Shown here: piece after piece, positions 9,483 through 20,258 of the stretch
Layout: each line of letters opens with the position of its first letter
How positions within the stretch are numbered: the stretch's first letter is position 1
DNA from: an uncultured bacterium
Lineage (GTDB): Bacteria > Cyanobacteriota > Vampirovibrionia > Gastranaerophilales > Gastranaerophilaceae
Direction of reading: 5' to 3'
Length of the DNA stretch: 64,000 nucleotides
Assembly (NCBI GenBank): GCA_947428835.1
Contig: CANENE010000002.1
Span: 16,901-80,900, forward strand
Notes under the pieces: generated by a model
Seen by the model: the letters and a program-made list of their open reading frames with translations, nothing else
What the model was told of the DNA's origin: nothing
Databases searched by the model: none
Made by a program: the position numbers and the translations under genes

Positions 9483-10718
9483 ATGGAAAATAAAAATGCT
9501 GATGAGATTTTGACGTCTACTTCTAAATTTCATATAACCTTAGGACTCGATAGAATAAAACAAATTCTTGAAATTCTCGGAAATCCCCAAGACTTTTATA
9601 AAATAATCCACATTGCAGGAACAAACGGCAAAGGTTCTACCTGTAAAATACTAAATGAACTTCTTATAAAAAATCTGCCTGATAAAAAAATAGGATTATT
9701 TACAAGTCCTCATATTTTTTCTTACAGTGAAAGAATTAAAATAAATAATGTTGATATTTCAAAAAATATTTTTGATAACCTGATTTTTAAAATTAATGAT
9801 TTGGCTCAAAAAAACAACATAGATTTAAGTGAATTTGAGCTTATAACAGCTGTCGCATTTTATTATTTTTATATCAAAAAAGCTGACTATGTGGTTTTGG
9901 AAGTAGGTCTTGGCGGCTTGTATGATGCAACAAATGTGGTAAATCCTGAAGTTTCGGTGATTACAACAATTGATTTTGACCATACAGAAAGACTTGGCAG
10001 TACAATAGAAAAAATTGCATCTCAAAAAGCAGGAATAATTAAACAAACACGTCCCGTTATTATTTTAAAAGATAATTTGGGTTTTGACATTATAAAAAAA
10101 GAAGCTAAAGAAAAAAATGCTCCTTTGATTGCAGCTGATGCCATTAAAACCGAAATAAAAAATACGAAAAATTATGCTTTTATAGATGGAAAAGAGTATG
10201 AATTTAATTTAAAAGGCTCTCATCAGGGGCAAAATTTATCCTTAGCGCTTGAAGCTGCTAAAATCATACTCGAACCAAAAAAAATAAAAATCAAAAATGT
10301 CCTAAAAGATATAAAATGGGATTTTAGGCTTGAATATAAAAAAGATAAAAATATAGTAATTGATTGTGCTCATAATCCAAGCGGCATAAAGACACTGGTT
10401 AATTTTATCAATGAAAGCTTCAAAGATGAAAATAAAATCTTTATTTTCGGGTGTCTTAAAAATAAAGATTATAAAAAGATGATGGGGTTATTATTTGATA
10501 ATATTAAAAATGCAAAATTTTATTTTTTTGAATTTGATTATCCTTCCGCACTTAAGTTTGATGAAATGGAAGAAAAAGACAAGATGTATTTTGAAGATGT
10601 TATAAAATATGAAAATAAAAAAGAACATTTTTCAAAAATTTTAAATGAAAAAACTTTGAAAATAATCTGCGGTTCAATGTATATGCTAAAGCAAATTTTA
10701 AATGATAATAAAAGTTGA
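9483..10718 (+). CDS. folC: Folylpolyglutamate synthase/dihydrofolate synthase (Mur ligase family)
   Basis: HIAGTNGKGST P-loop and FTSPH motif. 411 aa. Confidence 0.8.
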   Translation: MENKNADEILTSTSKFHITLGLDRIKQILEILGNPQDFYKIIHIAGTNGKGSTCKILNELLIKNLPDKKIGLFTSPHIFSYSERIKINNVDISKNIFDNLIFKINDLAQKNNIDLSEFELITAVAFYYFYIKKADYVVLEVGLGGLYDATNVVNPEVSVITTIDFDHTERLGSTIEKIASQKAGIIKQTRPVIILKDNLGFDIIKKEAKEKNAPLIAADAIKTEIKNTKNYAFIDGKEYEFNLKGSHQGQNLSLALEAAKIILEPKKIKIKNVLKDIKWDFRLEYKKDKNIVIDCAHNPSGIKTLVNFINESFKDENKIFIFGCLKNKDYKKMMGLLFDNIKNAKFYFFEFDYPSALKFDEMEEKDKMYFEDVIKYENKKEHFSKILNEKTLKIICGSMYMLKQILNDNKS

Positions 10719-10783
10719 CAGGCAAAATTATTTATTGAGGGCTTTTATAGTCTATATCAAAAAAAGAAAAGTGTAATATTAAT

Positions 10784-11425
10784 ATGAATATATCCCCTGT
10801 TGGAGTTTATAGTTCTAATTTTAATAGAAGTGGCGCCTTTCAAAAAACTATTGGGTTTCAAAAAGCAGACGAAAAGAAATTAATTGAAATGCAAAAAAAG
10901 ACTGCCAAACAGTTTGAAAGAGCCCAAAGGCTCTATGAAGAGCAAAAAAGAAGCGAAATACATTATATTTATGATGATGAACTTATAAAAAGACTTGTAT
11001 GTAATCCGGATGGCAAAATTGATTATGATAAATTGTCTTGCGTTGCAAGAGTTTCTTCAAAATTAGATAATATTATTGAATCAGATTTGAGTCAAAAAAC
11101 AGCAAGAAAATACCATAATGTTATAGCGGATTTAAAAAGTGAAATAATAGAATCTCTTGTAGAAGAAAATAGAATATATGGTAATGGTAACTATAAACCC
11201 GATAAAGTTGAACAGGATTTAGACAATTGGATAGAATATTTAAACAGTTCTTATAAATATTTGAATGAAAATTTAGAAATAATGCCTTTGCATCTATCTA
11301 TAGAAGATTCAAAAGCGCCTGATGATAATCTTGCAATTATTGAAAATAGTTTTATATATAAACTATGTCTTCTTGTCAGATATAACAAACCGAGACTTAC
11401 CTATACCATTATAAATAAAGATTAA
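10784..11425 (+). CDS. Hypothetical protein
   Basis: 213-aa ORF in an otherwise empty slot. No motif recognised. Confidence 0.5.
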   Translation: MNISPVGVYSSNFNRSGAFQKTIGFQKADEKKLIEMQKKTAKQFERAQRLYEEQKRSEIHYIYDDELIKRLVCNPDGKIDYDKLSCVARVSSKLDNIIESDLSQKTARKYHNVIADLKSEIIESLVEENRIYGNGNYKPDKVEQDLDNWIEYLNSSYKYLNENLEIMPLHLSIEDSKAPDDNLAIIENSFIYKLCLLVRYNKPRLTYTIINKD

Positions 11426-11426
11426 A

Positions 11427-12944
11427 TTAGTCTTTATTCGGGCTAAAATATTGACAGCCGTTCCATACAAGGATATCGTTTCCTGAAATTTGACATTTGC
11501 CATTTAAACAATCTAATGTCCCATCAGGGCAAAGGGTGAAATTAGAACAATTCTGACATGTTTTTAAAGTCAGCCCCTTGGTTTTTAACTTGTATGCTAT
11601 GTCATTTAATGCATCATACATTCTAAGATGCGAATCTGTTCTTATAAACTTGCCGCCCTCTCTAAAAACTACTTTTCTCATGCCATCTTCTGAAACAAGG
11701 TCCAATTTGCATACAAAATCTTTTTTGCCATTGTTTGCAACAGCGCTTATTGTTGCGGAATTTATATTTTCTTCTTCGTATTTTCCTTCGATGATGGAGC
11801 GCATTGTAAGATTGTTAATTAAAATTTTGATTTTTTGCCAGCTTAGACAAAGGGGATAAAAGCCAAGCCAAAACACTTCGCTTATATTCATTTTAGACAC
11901 ATTTACGGCAACAATCAAATTAAGAAGTGCAAACAATATAAGAATAGCAGTCAATGTTTTAACAATCATTGTGTGACTGATTATAGCGATTGCAACAATA
12001 GCTGCAAATGCAAAAATCACAACAAGAGCATTTGGTTTTAAAAGAAATAATACAAATTCTTTGAAAGAATTGCTTTTAAATATAAGCAGGGGAAAATATC
12101 TTAAAAAAAGCGATATTTTATTTTTAATGGATGGGGAAGAAAAATCATAGTTTTTAACATCAATTGCAGAAATTATATACGGTGAATATGTCGATTTGAT
12201 GTTATTTGAAGCAAGGTCATATGAAAATTCCAAAGCTGAATCCTTATCTTCAAGTCCGACATAGCCCATTTTTTCAAGTACATCTGAAGTTATTACAACA
12301 TTTCCTTCATCAATTAAGAAAGGAAGCTCAAACATAGAGCGGACAATATTATTTGTTCTGTTTAAATATTTTAAATAAGAAGCTAAAATTGAATTTTTAA
12401 TTTTTTTGGCAAAACTGTCCTTATTATTTAAAGGAACTTTCGAACCTATATAAACGCCTGAATCTAATACGGTTTTGTTTATGTTTTCCAGGTACTTTTC
12501 GCCAACAATTCTATCTGCATCTAAGAAAATATAACAATCAAATTCTTTTTCCGGAATAAATTTGTTAACCAAAAGATTAATTGCTTTGTCTTTTGAAAAA
12601 AAGTCGGGATTTTTGATATTATGAAATTTTGCGCCCATTGCAAAATCTCTGTCGGGTGTTGTGTCGTTTTGTGCTTTTTCAAAGACAACATGGACTTCAT
12701 AATCTTCTTTGTCGTATGTTTGATTGTTTAAAATGTCAAGCAGCTTATCAAGGTTTTTATCGGATAAATTGGCATAAACAATGACGCAAAGCCTTTTTTT
12801 ATCCAAATTTATACTTCTTGTCTTTTCATTTATTTCAAAGTATTTATCAATATCTTTAGCTTTAATGAAAAAAGACAGCCTATAAAAACCATATATTAAA
12901 AGATAAACAAACAGTACTATAAATAAAATATCTGCTACTATCAT
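11427..12944 (-). CDS. Membrane glycosyltransferase (GT2-like) with a Cys-rich C-terminal domain
   Basis: N-terminal TM, GT-A-like region (CVIVYANLSD..., FLDADRIV DxD), central TM bundle and a C-terminal domain with 8 Cys (CQNCSNFTLCPDGTLDCLNGKC...CQYF). Confidence 0.6.
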   Translation of the reverse strand: MIVADILFIVLFVYLLIYGFYRLSFFIKAKDIDKYFEINEKTRSINLDKKRLCVIVYANLSDKNLDKLLDILNNQTYDKEDYEVHVVFEKAQNDTTPDRDFAMGAKFHNIKNPDFFSKDKAINLLVNKFIPEKEFDCYIFLDADRIVGEKYLENINKTVLDSGVYIGSKVPLNNKDSFAKKIKNSILASYLKYLNRTNNIVRSMFELPFLIDEGNVVITSDVLEKMGYVGLEDKDSALEFSYDLASNNIKSTYSPYIISAIDVKNYDFSSPSIKNKISLFLRYFPLLIFKSNSFKEFVLFLLKPNALVVIFAFAAIVAIAIISHTMIVKTLTAILILFALLNLIVAVNVSKMNISEVFWLGFYPLCLSWQKIKILINNLTMRSIIEGKYEEENINSATISAVANNGKKDFVCKLDLVSEDGMRKVVFREGGKFIRTDSHLRMYDALNDIAYKLKTKGLTLKTCQNCSNFTLCPDGTLDCLNGKCQISGNDILVWNGCQYFSPNKD

Positions 12945-13014
12945 AAGAGTATTTTATAACAAAAGAACTATAAAAATCTAGCATTTTTTAAATTATATAT
13001 AGTATAATTAACTT

Positions 13015-13749
13015 GTGTTAAATTTTTTGGGTCAATTAGTATTAAATTTTACCCAAGCGGCAAAATATACCTTAAAAGGTAATGTGCGCTTAAGTTCTGT
13101 TATAAATCAAATTGCTGCAATAGGATTTGATTCTCTTGCTATTTGTTTGTCTGTGGTATTTATATCGGCTGCAGTTATCGCTCTTCAAGTAAGCGAGCAA
13201 TTTTTAATGTCAGGAGGCGATAGCTATATAGGAGGCTTTTTAACGGTTGCTTTAATCAGAGAGATAGCTCCCGGGTTTGCAGCATTGGCGCTTGCGGCAA
13301 GAAGCGGAACGGCAATAACAGCACAAGTTGCAAATATGCAGGTAACAAATCAAATTGATGCCATTGATGTTTTAAAAGTTGATTCTATCGGATATTATTT
13401 TGCACCAAGAATTATTGCAGGAGCAATCAGTGTTTTTTGTATTGTGCTTTTGGCGGAATTAATCGGGGTTTTGGGCGGATGCCTTGTTTCTTATTTTACA
13501 ATAGGGCTTCATCCCATAAGATATTTTAATTCTGTTTGGCTGATGCTTGTTATGAAAGATATATGGATAAGCCTTTTTAAAGGTTTAATTTTTGGGGGCC
13601 TTATAGCGCTTGTTGCTTCAACTGTCGGATATAACACAAAAGGCGGTGCCAAAAATGTCGGAGAATCCACCACAAAAGCAGCAATATATTGCACAATTTA
13701 TATTCTTGTTGCTGATTTAATTATAGATATACTTTTTTATATGGGTTAA
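13015..13749 (+). CDS. mlaE: MlaE/YrbE-type lipid ABC transporter permease
   Basis: [38 protein letters not shown] matches the MlaE signature. GTG start. Confidence 0.8.
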   Translation: MLNFLGQLVLNFTQAAKYTLKGNVRLSSVINQIAAIGFDSLAICLSVVFISAAVIALQVSEQFLMSGGDSYIGGFLTVALIREIAPGFAALALAARSGTAITAQVANMQVTNQIDAIDVLKVDSIGYYFAPRIIAGAISVFCIVLLAELIGVLGGCLVSYFTIGLHPIRYFNSVWLMLVMKDIWISLFKGLIFGGLIALVASTVGYNTKGGAKNVGESTTKAAIYCTIYILVADLIIDILFYMG

Positions 13750-13985
13750 GCTAAATTTTGATGAAATGTTCTTGAAATAACGTCATCTTGCTGTTCTTTT
13801 GTAAGCTTGATAAAGTTTACTGCATACCCTGAAACGCGTACTGTAAGCTGCGGATATTTTTCAGGATGTGCTTGAGCATCAAGCAGAGTTTCTTTATTGA
13901 ATACATTAACATTTAAGTGATGACCGCCTTTTTCAACGTAACCGTCTAAAAGATTAATTAAATTTTCTTCTTGTTGAGTTGTCAT
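13746..13985 (-). CDS. Stand-alone glycyl-radical domain protein (equivalent to the PflB C-terminus, GrcA-like)
   Basis: GGHHLNVNV...[32 protein letters not shown] contains the RVSGYAV glycyl radical motif. Own ATG preceded by AAAGGAG. Confidence 0.85.
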   Translation of the reverse strand: MTTQQEENLINLLDGYVEKGGHHLNVNVFNKETLLDAQAHPEKYPQLTVRVSGYAVNFIKLTKEQQDDVISRTFHQNLA

Positions 13986-14006
13986 AATTTATCACTCCTT
14001 TAAAAA

Positions 14007-16049
14007 CTATTTTATACTTCCGACACAGCAGCCTTCATCAAGCTGAATATCAAGGTCGCCCATAAATACTTCATCTTTTCCTAATGCGTTTGGAACAATT
14101 GAAAAAGTATTTGAAATACCATCTTGTGCATCATCAAACGGAAGCTTGGCGACGGATGCTAAAGAAGCAACAGCTCCATTTGTGTCGCGGCCATGCATTG
14201 GGTTTGCCCCCGGCGCCAATGGAATTCCTTCTTTTCTTCCATCCGGAGTGTTACCTGTTTTTTTGCCGTATACAACATTAGATGTAATAGTTAAAATTGA
14301 CATTGTAGGAATTGAATTTCTATATGTATAATGTTTTCTAATCATGGCCATAAATTTTCTTACAATATTTACGGCAAGTGTATCGACTCTGTCGTCGTTG
14401 TTTCCGTATTTTGGGTAATCGCCTTCAATTTCATAATCTACAACAATGCCATTTTCATCTCTTATTGTTTTTACTTTTGCGTATTTAATCGCAGAAAGTG
14501 AATCGGCAACGACGGATAGTCCTGCAATTCCTGTTGCAAAATATCTTTTAACGTCTCTATCATGAAGTGCCATTTGAGAGCGCTCATAAGCATATTTATC
14601 ATGCATATAATGAATTATATTTAATGTATTTACATACAAACCTGCAAGCCATTCCATCATATCTGTGTATTTTTCCATGACTTCATCAAAATCCAGATAC
14701 TCGCTTGTTACAGGGCGATATTTTGGACCTATTTGTTCTTTTAATTTTTCATCGATGCCGCCATTTATCGCATAAAGGAGGCATTTTGCAAGATTAGCTC
14801 TTGCTCCAAAAAATTGCATTTCTTTACCTACGACCATAGATGAAACACAGCAGGCAATAGCATAATCGTCCCCGTGGGTTGCTCTCATAAGGTCATCATT
14901 TTCATATTGAACGGATGAAGTTTTAATTGAGATGTGAGCTGCGTATTGCTTGAAATTATGCGGTAATTTTGTTGACCAAAGGACTGTCATATTGGGTTCA
15001 GGTGCAGTTCCAAGGTTTTCTAAGGTATGAAGATATCTAAATGAATTTTTGGTAACCAATGGTCTTCCATCAATTCCGACACCTGCAATAGATTCGGTTA
15101 CCCAAGTAGGGTCTCCTGAAAACAATGAATTATATTCAGGAGTCCTTGCAAATTTAACAAGTCTTAATTTCATAATGAAATGGTCAATCATTTCCTGTGC
15201 TTGGGATTCTGTAATGATACCTCTGTCTAAATCTCTTTGAATATAGATATCAAGAAATGTAGAAGTGCGCCCGATTGACATTGCGGCGCCATTTTGCTCT
15301 TTAACTGCCGAAAGATAACCAAAATACAACCACTGGATTGCCTCTTTAGCATTTTGGGCAGGTTTTGAGATATCAAATCCATATATTTCGCCAAGAACCT
15401 TCATTTGTTGAAGGGCATCAATTTGATCCGCTATTTCTTCTTTGAGTTGGATTTTATCAGGAGTCATCTCTCCATCTAATGAAGAGTGCTGCGCTTTTTT
15501 ATCTTCAATTAATCTATCTATCCCATATAAAGCAACACGCCTATAGTCGCCTATAATTCTTCCTCTGCCATAGGCATCAGGGAGCCCTGTTAAAATTGCA
15601 GCATGACGGGCTTTTTTCATTTCGGGAGTGTAGCAATCGAAAACACCTTGGTTGTGGGTTTTTCTATATTTTGTAAAAATCTCCGTTACATCCGTATCAA
15701 CACTGTAACCATATGATTTGCAGCTTGTCTGCGCCATTCTTATGCCGCCAAATGGCTGCAGGGAGCGCTTTAGCGGTTTATCTGTCTGCAATCCTACAAT
15801 GGTTTCTAAATTTTTATCAATATAACCTGCGCCATGGGAAGTTATAGAGGATATTATTTTTGTATCCATATCTACAACGCCGCCATTGTTTCTTTCTTGT
15901 TTAAATAAATCCAGGCATTTATTCCAAAGTTCAACAGTTGCTTTGGTTGGTCCTTCTAAAAAGCTGCTGTCGCCTTCATATGGTGTATAATTTTTTTGTA
16001 TAAAATCTCGAACATCTATTTCTGTTTGCCATTTTCCGGGTTTAAACAC
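14007..16049 (-). CDS. pflB: Pyruvate formate-lyase, catalytic part lacking the glycyl-radical domain
   Basis: Collinear with PflB from [15 protein letters not shown] through the active-site ACCVS to [12 protein letters not shown]. It then gains a unique 20-aa tail and a TAG stop. GTG start with AAGGAGA RBS. Confidence 0.9.
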   Translation of the reverse strand: MFKPGKWQTEIDVRDFIQKNYTPYEGDSSFLEGPTKATVELWNKCLDLFKQERNNGGVVDMDTKIISSITSHGAGYIDKNLETIVGLQTDKPLKRSLQPFGGIRMAQTSCKSYGYSVDTDVTEIFTKYRKTHNQGVFDCYTPEMKKARHAAILTGLPDAYGRGRIIGDYRRVALYGIDRLIEDKKAQHSSLDGEMTPDKIQLKEEIADQIDALQQMKVLGEIYGFDISKPAQNAKEAIQWLYFGYLSAVKEQNGAAMSIGRTSTFLDIYIQRDLDRGIITESQAQEMIDHFIMKLRLVKFARTPEYNSLFSGDPTWVTESIAGVGIDGRPLVTKNSFRYLHTLENLGTAPEPNMTVLWSTKLPHNFKQYAAHISIKTSSVQYENDDLMRATHGDDYAIACCVSSMVVGKEMQFFGARANLAKCLLYAINGGIDEKLKEQIGPKYRPVTSEYLDFDEVMEKYTDMMEWLAGLYVNTLNIIHYMHDKYAYERSQMALHDRDVKRYFATGIAGLSVVADSLSAIKYAKVKTIRDENGIVVDYEIEGDYPKYGNNDDRVDTLAVNIVRKFMAMIRKHYTYRNSIPTMSILTITSNVVYGKKTGNTPDGRKEGIPLAPGANPMHGRDTNGAVASLASVAKLPFDDAQDGISNTFSIVPNALGKDEVFMGDLDIQLDEGCCVGSIK

Positions 16050-16236
16050 AATAATTCTTCTCCTTTATATCCAATTTAATATCTAGCTGATTTCAATATT
16101 ATATTTTAGCATAAACAAATAATCATGGGTAAGCATGGCCAAAGCAAAAAAATCTTTATCTAATCTTTATAAAAAAATAAAAAATATATGATAGTATAAT
16201 TATAATAATTGGTTTTTAGTTGAGGAGTAGAAATTT

Positions 16237-17370
16237 ATGAAGATACCTATTATTAATTCAAAAAGACAATATGAAACTATAGCAGCTAAAGCAGAAAGTG
16301 CTGTTTTGGATGTTATGAGAAGCGGTTCATATATTTTAGGTGCCAATAATAAAGAATTTGAAAAAGAAATGTGTAATTATCTTGGATGCAGCCATACAGT
16401 TGCCTTAAATTCAGGAACAGATGCACTTCATTTAGCTTTAAGAGCTCTAAATATAGGCGAAGGTGACGAAGTTATTTCAACTGCTTTTACTTTTGTTGCA
16501 ACATCAGAATCAATCGGAATAGTTGGGGCAAAACCTGTTTTTGTTGATATTGACCCTGATACATTCAACCTTGATGCAGAAAAAATCGAAGCGGCAATTA
16601 CCCCAAAAACAAAAGCAATTATACCTGTGCATTTATACGGTCAGCCATGTGATATGGATAAAATCATGGAAATTGCAAAACGTCATAATTTATATGTAAT
16701 TGAAGACGCATGTCAGGCAATTGGTGCCGAATACAAAGGTAGAAAAGTTGGAACCATAGGTGATATCGGATGCTTTAGCTTTTATCCAACTAAAAACCTT
16801 GGAACAATGGGTGATGGAGGCTTGTTATCTACAAATAGCGAAGAAATTAAAGACAGAGTAATTGCCCTTAGAAATCACGGCGGAGCCGTTCGTTATCACC
16901 ATGATGAAATCGGTGTTAATTCAAGACTTGATGAAATTCAGGCAGCAATTTTAAGAGTAAAACTTCCATATATTGATAGTTGGAACAAATCAAGAAGAGA
17001 CCACGCTGCTTATTATAATGAATTATTTGCTTCTTGCGATTTAATTAAGACTCCAAAAGAATTGAATGATACATATTGTGTTTATCATCAATATACAATC
17101 AAAGTTCCAATGAGAGACGAAGTCCACAAAATGTTATCTGAAATGGGAATCGGTGCAATGATTTATTATCCTATTCCTTTGCACCTTCAAAAAGTCCACG
17201 AAAAATACAATTTTAAAGAAGGAATGCTTCCCAATACAGAAAAAAATACTAAGCTTGTATTATCTATACCAATGTTTGCTGAAATCACAAAAGAAGAACA
17301 GCAGGAAGTTGCTAAATGTGTGATTGAATGTGTTACAAAACTTGCGGGTAAACAAACGGTTATTGCATAA
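16237..17370 (+). CDS. DegT/DnrJ/EryC1/StrS-family PLP-dependent sugar aminotransferase
   Basis: Family-typical motifs (NSGTDALHLAL, SFYPTKNLG with the PLP lysine). Confidence 0.85.
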   Translation: MKIPIINSKRQYETIAAKAESAVLDVMRSGSYILGANNKEFEKEMCNYLGCSHTVALNSGTDALHLALRALNIGEGDEVISTAFTFVATSESIGIVGAKPVFVDIDPDTFNLDAEKIEAAITPKTKAIIPVHLYGQPCDMDKIMEIAKRHNLYVIEDACQAIGAEYKGRKVGTIGDIGCFSFYPTKNLGTMGDGGLLSTNSEEIKDRVIALRNHGGAVRYHHDEIGVNSRLDEIQAAILRVKLPYIDSWNKSRRDHAAYYNELFASCDLIKTPKELNDTYCVYHQYTIKVPMRDEVHKMLSEMGIGAMIYYPIPLHLQKVHEKYNFKEGMLPNTEKNTKLVLSIPMFAEITKEEQQEVAKCVIECVTKLAGKQTVIA

Positions 17371-17478
17371 AATATTAAGTAATGTTACAATTTATAAAAA
17401 AACATGCAATAAAAATGATTTACCATCATTATAGAATATGTAAAGGTTAGTAAAGTAATTAAGAAAGTAAGGTGTTTT

Positions 17479-17874
17479 ATGTCAATTCAACCAGTTCAAT
17501 CTTTTAAAGAAATGTCTACAGCAAAGAAAGCTGCAGTTGTTGCAGGTGCTACAGCAGCAGCTGCAGGTATTGCAGCAACAACTGCAGCCTATATTAAAGG
17601 TAGAGGCGTTAAAGCAGGCGATGAGTATATTAAACTTGTTACCGGCAGCACTACCGGCGAAAAAGCAGATAAAATAAGAAAAAAAGGTTTCAAAAAAGTA
17701 GAAGGCCAAGAAGATACATTAAAATTCGGACAAAAAATCAGAGCCGGATACAAAAAAATGTTTGACGGTGTTAAAAATGGTTTTTCTAAACTATTCAAAG
17801 GCAAAAAAACAGAAGGTCAAGCTCCCGAAAAAGAAGCTCCGGTAGCTCCAAAAGCAGAAGGCACAGCTGAATAA
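17479..17874 (+). CDS. Hypothetical membrane-anchored Lys-rich protein
   Basis: Ala-rich TM (AAVVAGATAAAAGIAATTAAYI) followed by a basic low-complexity tail. Followed by a terminator. Confidence 0.5.
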   Translation: MSIQPVQSFKEMSTAKKAAVVAGATAAAAGIAATTAAYIKGRGVKAGDEYIKLVTGSTTGEKADKIRKKGFKKVEGQEDTLKFGQKIRAGYKKMFDGVKNGFSKLFKGKKTEGQAPEKEAPVAPKAEGTAE

Positions 17875-17939
17875 GCTTAGCAATTAGATTAAAATTAGAT
17901 TATTAAATCGATGTAAAACCTTTATATTATATATAAAAA

Positions 17940-17966
17940 GGCACAGTTTTGGCTTGTGCCTTTTTT
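17940..17966 (+). terminator. Rho-independent terminator
   Basis: GGCACA-N9-TGTGCC followed by TTTTTT. Confidence 0.7.
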
Positions 17967-18017
17967 GTCGTCTTTTTGTTATTTCTTCTATTTTATGTTT
18001 ATGTTAGAATTAATTTG

Positions 18018-18515
18018 ATGTTTGAGATAATAAAACTAGACCCTTTAAGAAGAAGAATAGTGGAGGTTTTTGTTGAACTTGAAAAAAAACTTCTTGTTGA
18101 CTGCTATCAAAATGTCTTAAATAAAGAAGAATTTCAAGAACTTAATAAAAGAATCAACTATGACTTATTAAAAAAAGAATATATAGACTATGGAGATAAC
18201 TACTATCTGATGCAGTTGAATGATGAGTATATAGGTTTATTTCAAACCAGAAGAGAAGATAGGGAAATTGAGATTTTAAAAATATACATAGATGAAAAAT
18301 ACAGGCAAGAAGGTTTTGGGTATAAAAGTTTTTTGAAGATATTAGAGTCTACCCAAAATAAAAGAATAGAAAAAATTAAAATATGCGTAAATGAAAATTT
18401 TACAAAATCAATAGATGCTATTGAAAAATGGGGATTTAAATTCAAAGAATTAACTGCCAGATACTTAGGTTCAAATATATACCTTTATGAAAATTGTTAT
18501 GAATTATTAATATAA
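18018..18515 (+). CDS. GNAT-family N-acetyltransferase
   Basis: IDEKYRQEGFGYKSF acetyl-CoA binding-type motif. Start trimmed because 17949-18017 overlaps the upstream terminator. Confidence 0.7.
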   Translation: MFEIIKLDPLRRRIVEVFVELEKKLLVDCYQNVLNKEEFQELNKRINYDLLKKEYIDYGDNYYLMQLNDEYIGLFQTRREDREIEILKIYIDEKYRQEGFGYKSFLKILESTQNKRIEKIKICVNENFTKSIDAIEKWGFKFKELTARYLGSNIYLYENCYELLI

Positions 18516-18536
18516 TAAATAGGAGATTATGTAATT

Positions 18537-20201
18537 ATGAGAGAAATTTCACCTCTTCAAAAAGAAAGACTAAACTATAACCCAAAATTAGCAGGGGTTT
18601 TAGCAAAAGGAATTAACAATATCAAGCTTGCACTTGGTGCTAATACTACAAGTGTTCAAGACAAAGAAGAAATAGAAAAGCTATTCGGGCATGTTTATGG
18701 CAAACCAATTGCAAAATTCGATGCCGTTGGTGATGCTTTAAGCAATCAAAAAAGAAATGTCGGAGTTATTTTATCAGGAGGTCAGGCACCCGGTGGTCAT
18801 AATGTAATTGCAGGTCTGTTTGATGCGATTAAAATTTCAAATCCTGAAAATAAATTATATGGTTTCTTGGGCGGCCCAAGCGGTATAGTTGACGGGAAAT
18901 ATATAGAATTAACCTCTGAAATAATGGATAAATACAGAAATACAGGTGGTTTTGACATTATAGGTTCCGGAAGAACCAAGCTTGAAGAGGAAGATCAATT
19001 TGAAAAAGCCCTAGAAGTATGCAAAAAGCTTGATATTACAGCTATTGTCATAATTGGAGGAGACGACTCTAATACAAATGCCTGCCTTCTTGCCGAATGG
19101 ATGGCAAAAAATAACACAGGAATTTCTGTTATTGGATGCCCCAAAACAATAGATGGCGACCTTAAAAATGACCAGATTGAAATTTCATTTGGTTTTGATA
19201 CAGCAACCAAAACATACGCTGAATTAATAGGCAACATTCAAAGAGATGCAAATTCCGCTAAAAAATATTGGCATTTTATCAAATTAATGGGAAGAAGTGC
19301 TTCTCATGTATGCCTTGAGGCGGCCCTTCAAACACAACCTAATATTACGCTAATTGGCGAAGAAGTTGAAAATAAAAAACAATCTTTAAAAGAAATTGTT
19401 GATTATATGGCAGATATTATTGCACGCCGCTCTGATAACGGCAAAAACTTTGGTATTGCCCTAATTCCTGAAGGACTAATCGAATTTATTCCCGAAATGA
19501 AAGTTATGATTGCTTCTTTAAATGACCTTTTAGCAGGACTGGAAAAAGATGAATCATATAAAAACGCTTCAAGCAACGAAAAATATTCAATAATTACTTC
19601 AAAACTAGATGATTCAAGCTCTAAATTATTTAATTCTCTCCCATCAACTATCAAAGCACAGTTATTGATGGATAGAGACCCTCACGGCAATGTTCAGGTT
19701 TCAAAAATCGAAACAGAAAAGCTTTTAATTGAAATGATTAAAGTAAAACTTGATGAAATGAAAAAAGAAGGCAAATTTAAAGGAAAATTTGCTGACCAGG
19801 CACATTTCTTTGGTTACGAAGGAAGATGCGCAGCGCCTTCTAATTTTGATGCAGATTATTGCTATAGCCTTGGATATAATGCTTTTGCGCTTATTCAAAG
19901 CGGCTTAAACGGCTATCTTTCATCTATCAAAAATACAACAAAACCAGCAAGCGAATGGGTTGCAGGAGGAGTTCCATTGACTATGATGATGAATATGGAA
20001 CGCCGCCATGGGGCAATGAAACCTGTAATTAAAAAAGCATTAGTTGAGCTTGATGGCCCTGTATTTAAGGCACTTCAAAATAACAGAGAAAAATGGGCAA
20101 TGAATGATTGTTATATTTTCCCAGGTGCTATCCAATACTTCGGTCCAAGCAGCGTTTGTGATATAACCACAATCACATTACAGTTGGAACAAGCAAAATA
20201 G
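18537..20201 (+). CDS. pfp: Diphosphate--fructose-6-phosphate 1-phosphotransferase (long-form PPi-PFK)
   Basis: 554 aa with SGGQAPGGHN, IGGDDSNTNA, PKTIDGDL and MGRSASH motifs. Confidence 0.9.
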   Translation: MREISPLQKERLNYNPKLAGVLAKGINNIKLALGANTTSVQDKEEIEKLFGHVYGKPIAKFDAVGDALSNQKRNVGVILSGGQAPGGHNVIAGLFDAIKISNPENKLYGFLGGPSGIVDGKYIELTSEIMDKYRNTGGFDIIGSGRTKLEEEDQFEKALEVCKKLDITAIVIIGGDDSNTNACLLAEWMAKNNTGISVIGCPKTIDGDLKNDQIEISFGFDTATKTYAELIGNIQRDANSAKKYWHFIKLMGRSASHVCLEAALQTQPNITLIGEEVENKKQSLKEIVDYMADIIARRSDNGKNFGIALIPEGLIEFIPEMKVMIASLNDLLAGLEKDESYKNASSNEKYSIITSKLDDSSSKLFNSLPSTIKAQLLMDRDPHGNVQVSKIETEKLLIEMIKVKLDEMKKEGKFKGKFADQAHFFGYEGRCAAPSNFDADYCYSLGYNAFALIQSGLNGYLSSIKNTTKPASEWVAGGVPLTMMMNMERRHGAMKPVIKKALVELDGPVFKALQNNREKWAMNDCYIFPGAIQYFGPSSVCDITTITLQLEQAK

Positions 20202-20222
20202 GCAAAATTAATTTATAAAACC

Positions 20223-20253
20223 AAAAGCCCTGCTATATTCAAGCAGGGCTTTT
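20223..20253. terminator. Bidirectional terminator between convergent genes
   Basis: AAAAGCCCTGC-N9-GCAGGGCTTTT. Confidence 0.75.
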
Positions 20254-20258
20254 AAATA

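Noticed and set aside
10784-10870. Recurring N-terminal x-F-(K/Q)-x motif in hypothetical proteins (QSFKE at 17479, VNFQG at 20259 minus strand, IGFQK at 10784, ISFKS at 23007)
   Set aside because: A two-residue core in Lys/Gln/Phe-rich AT-biased proteins is expected by chance, and it cannot be supported as a sorting signal from this window alone.
13980-14010. Interpreting the PFL split as a simple frameshift or pseudogene
   Set aside because: It is not adopted as the primary reading, because both parts are intact and the junction carries a stop, a consensus SD and an ATG in the right order. An assembly or sequencing error cannot be excluded without reads, so it is reported as a finding with that caveat.
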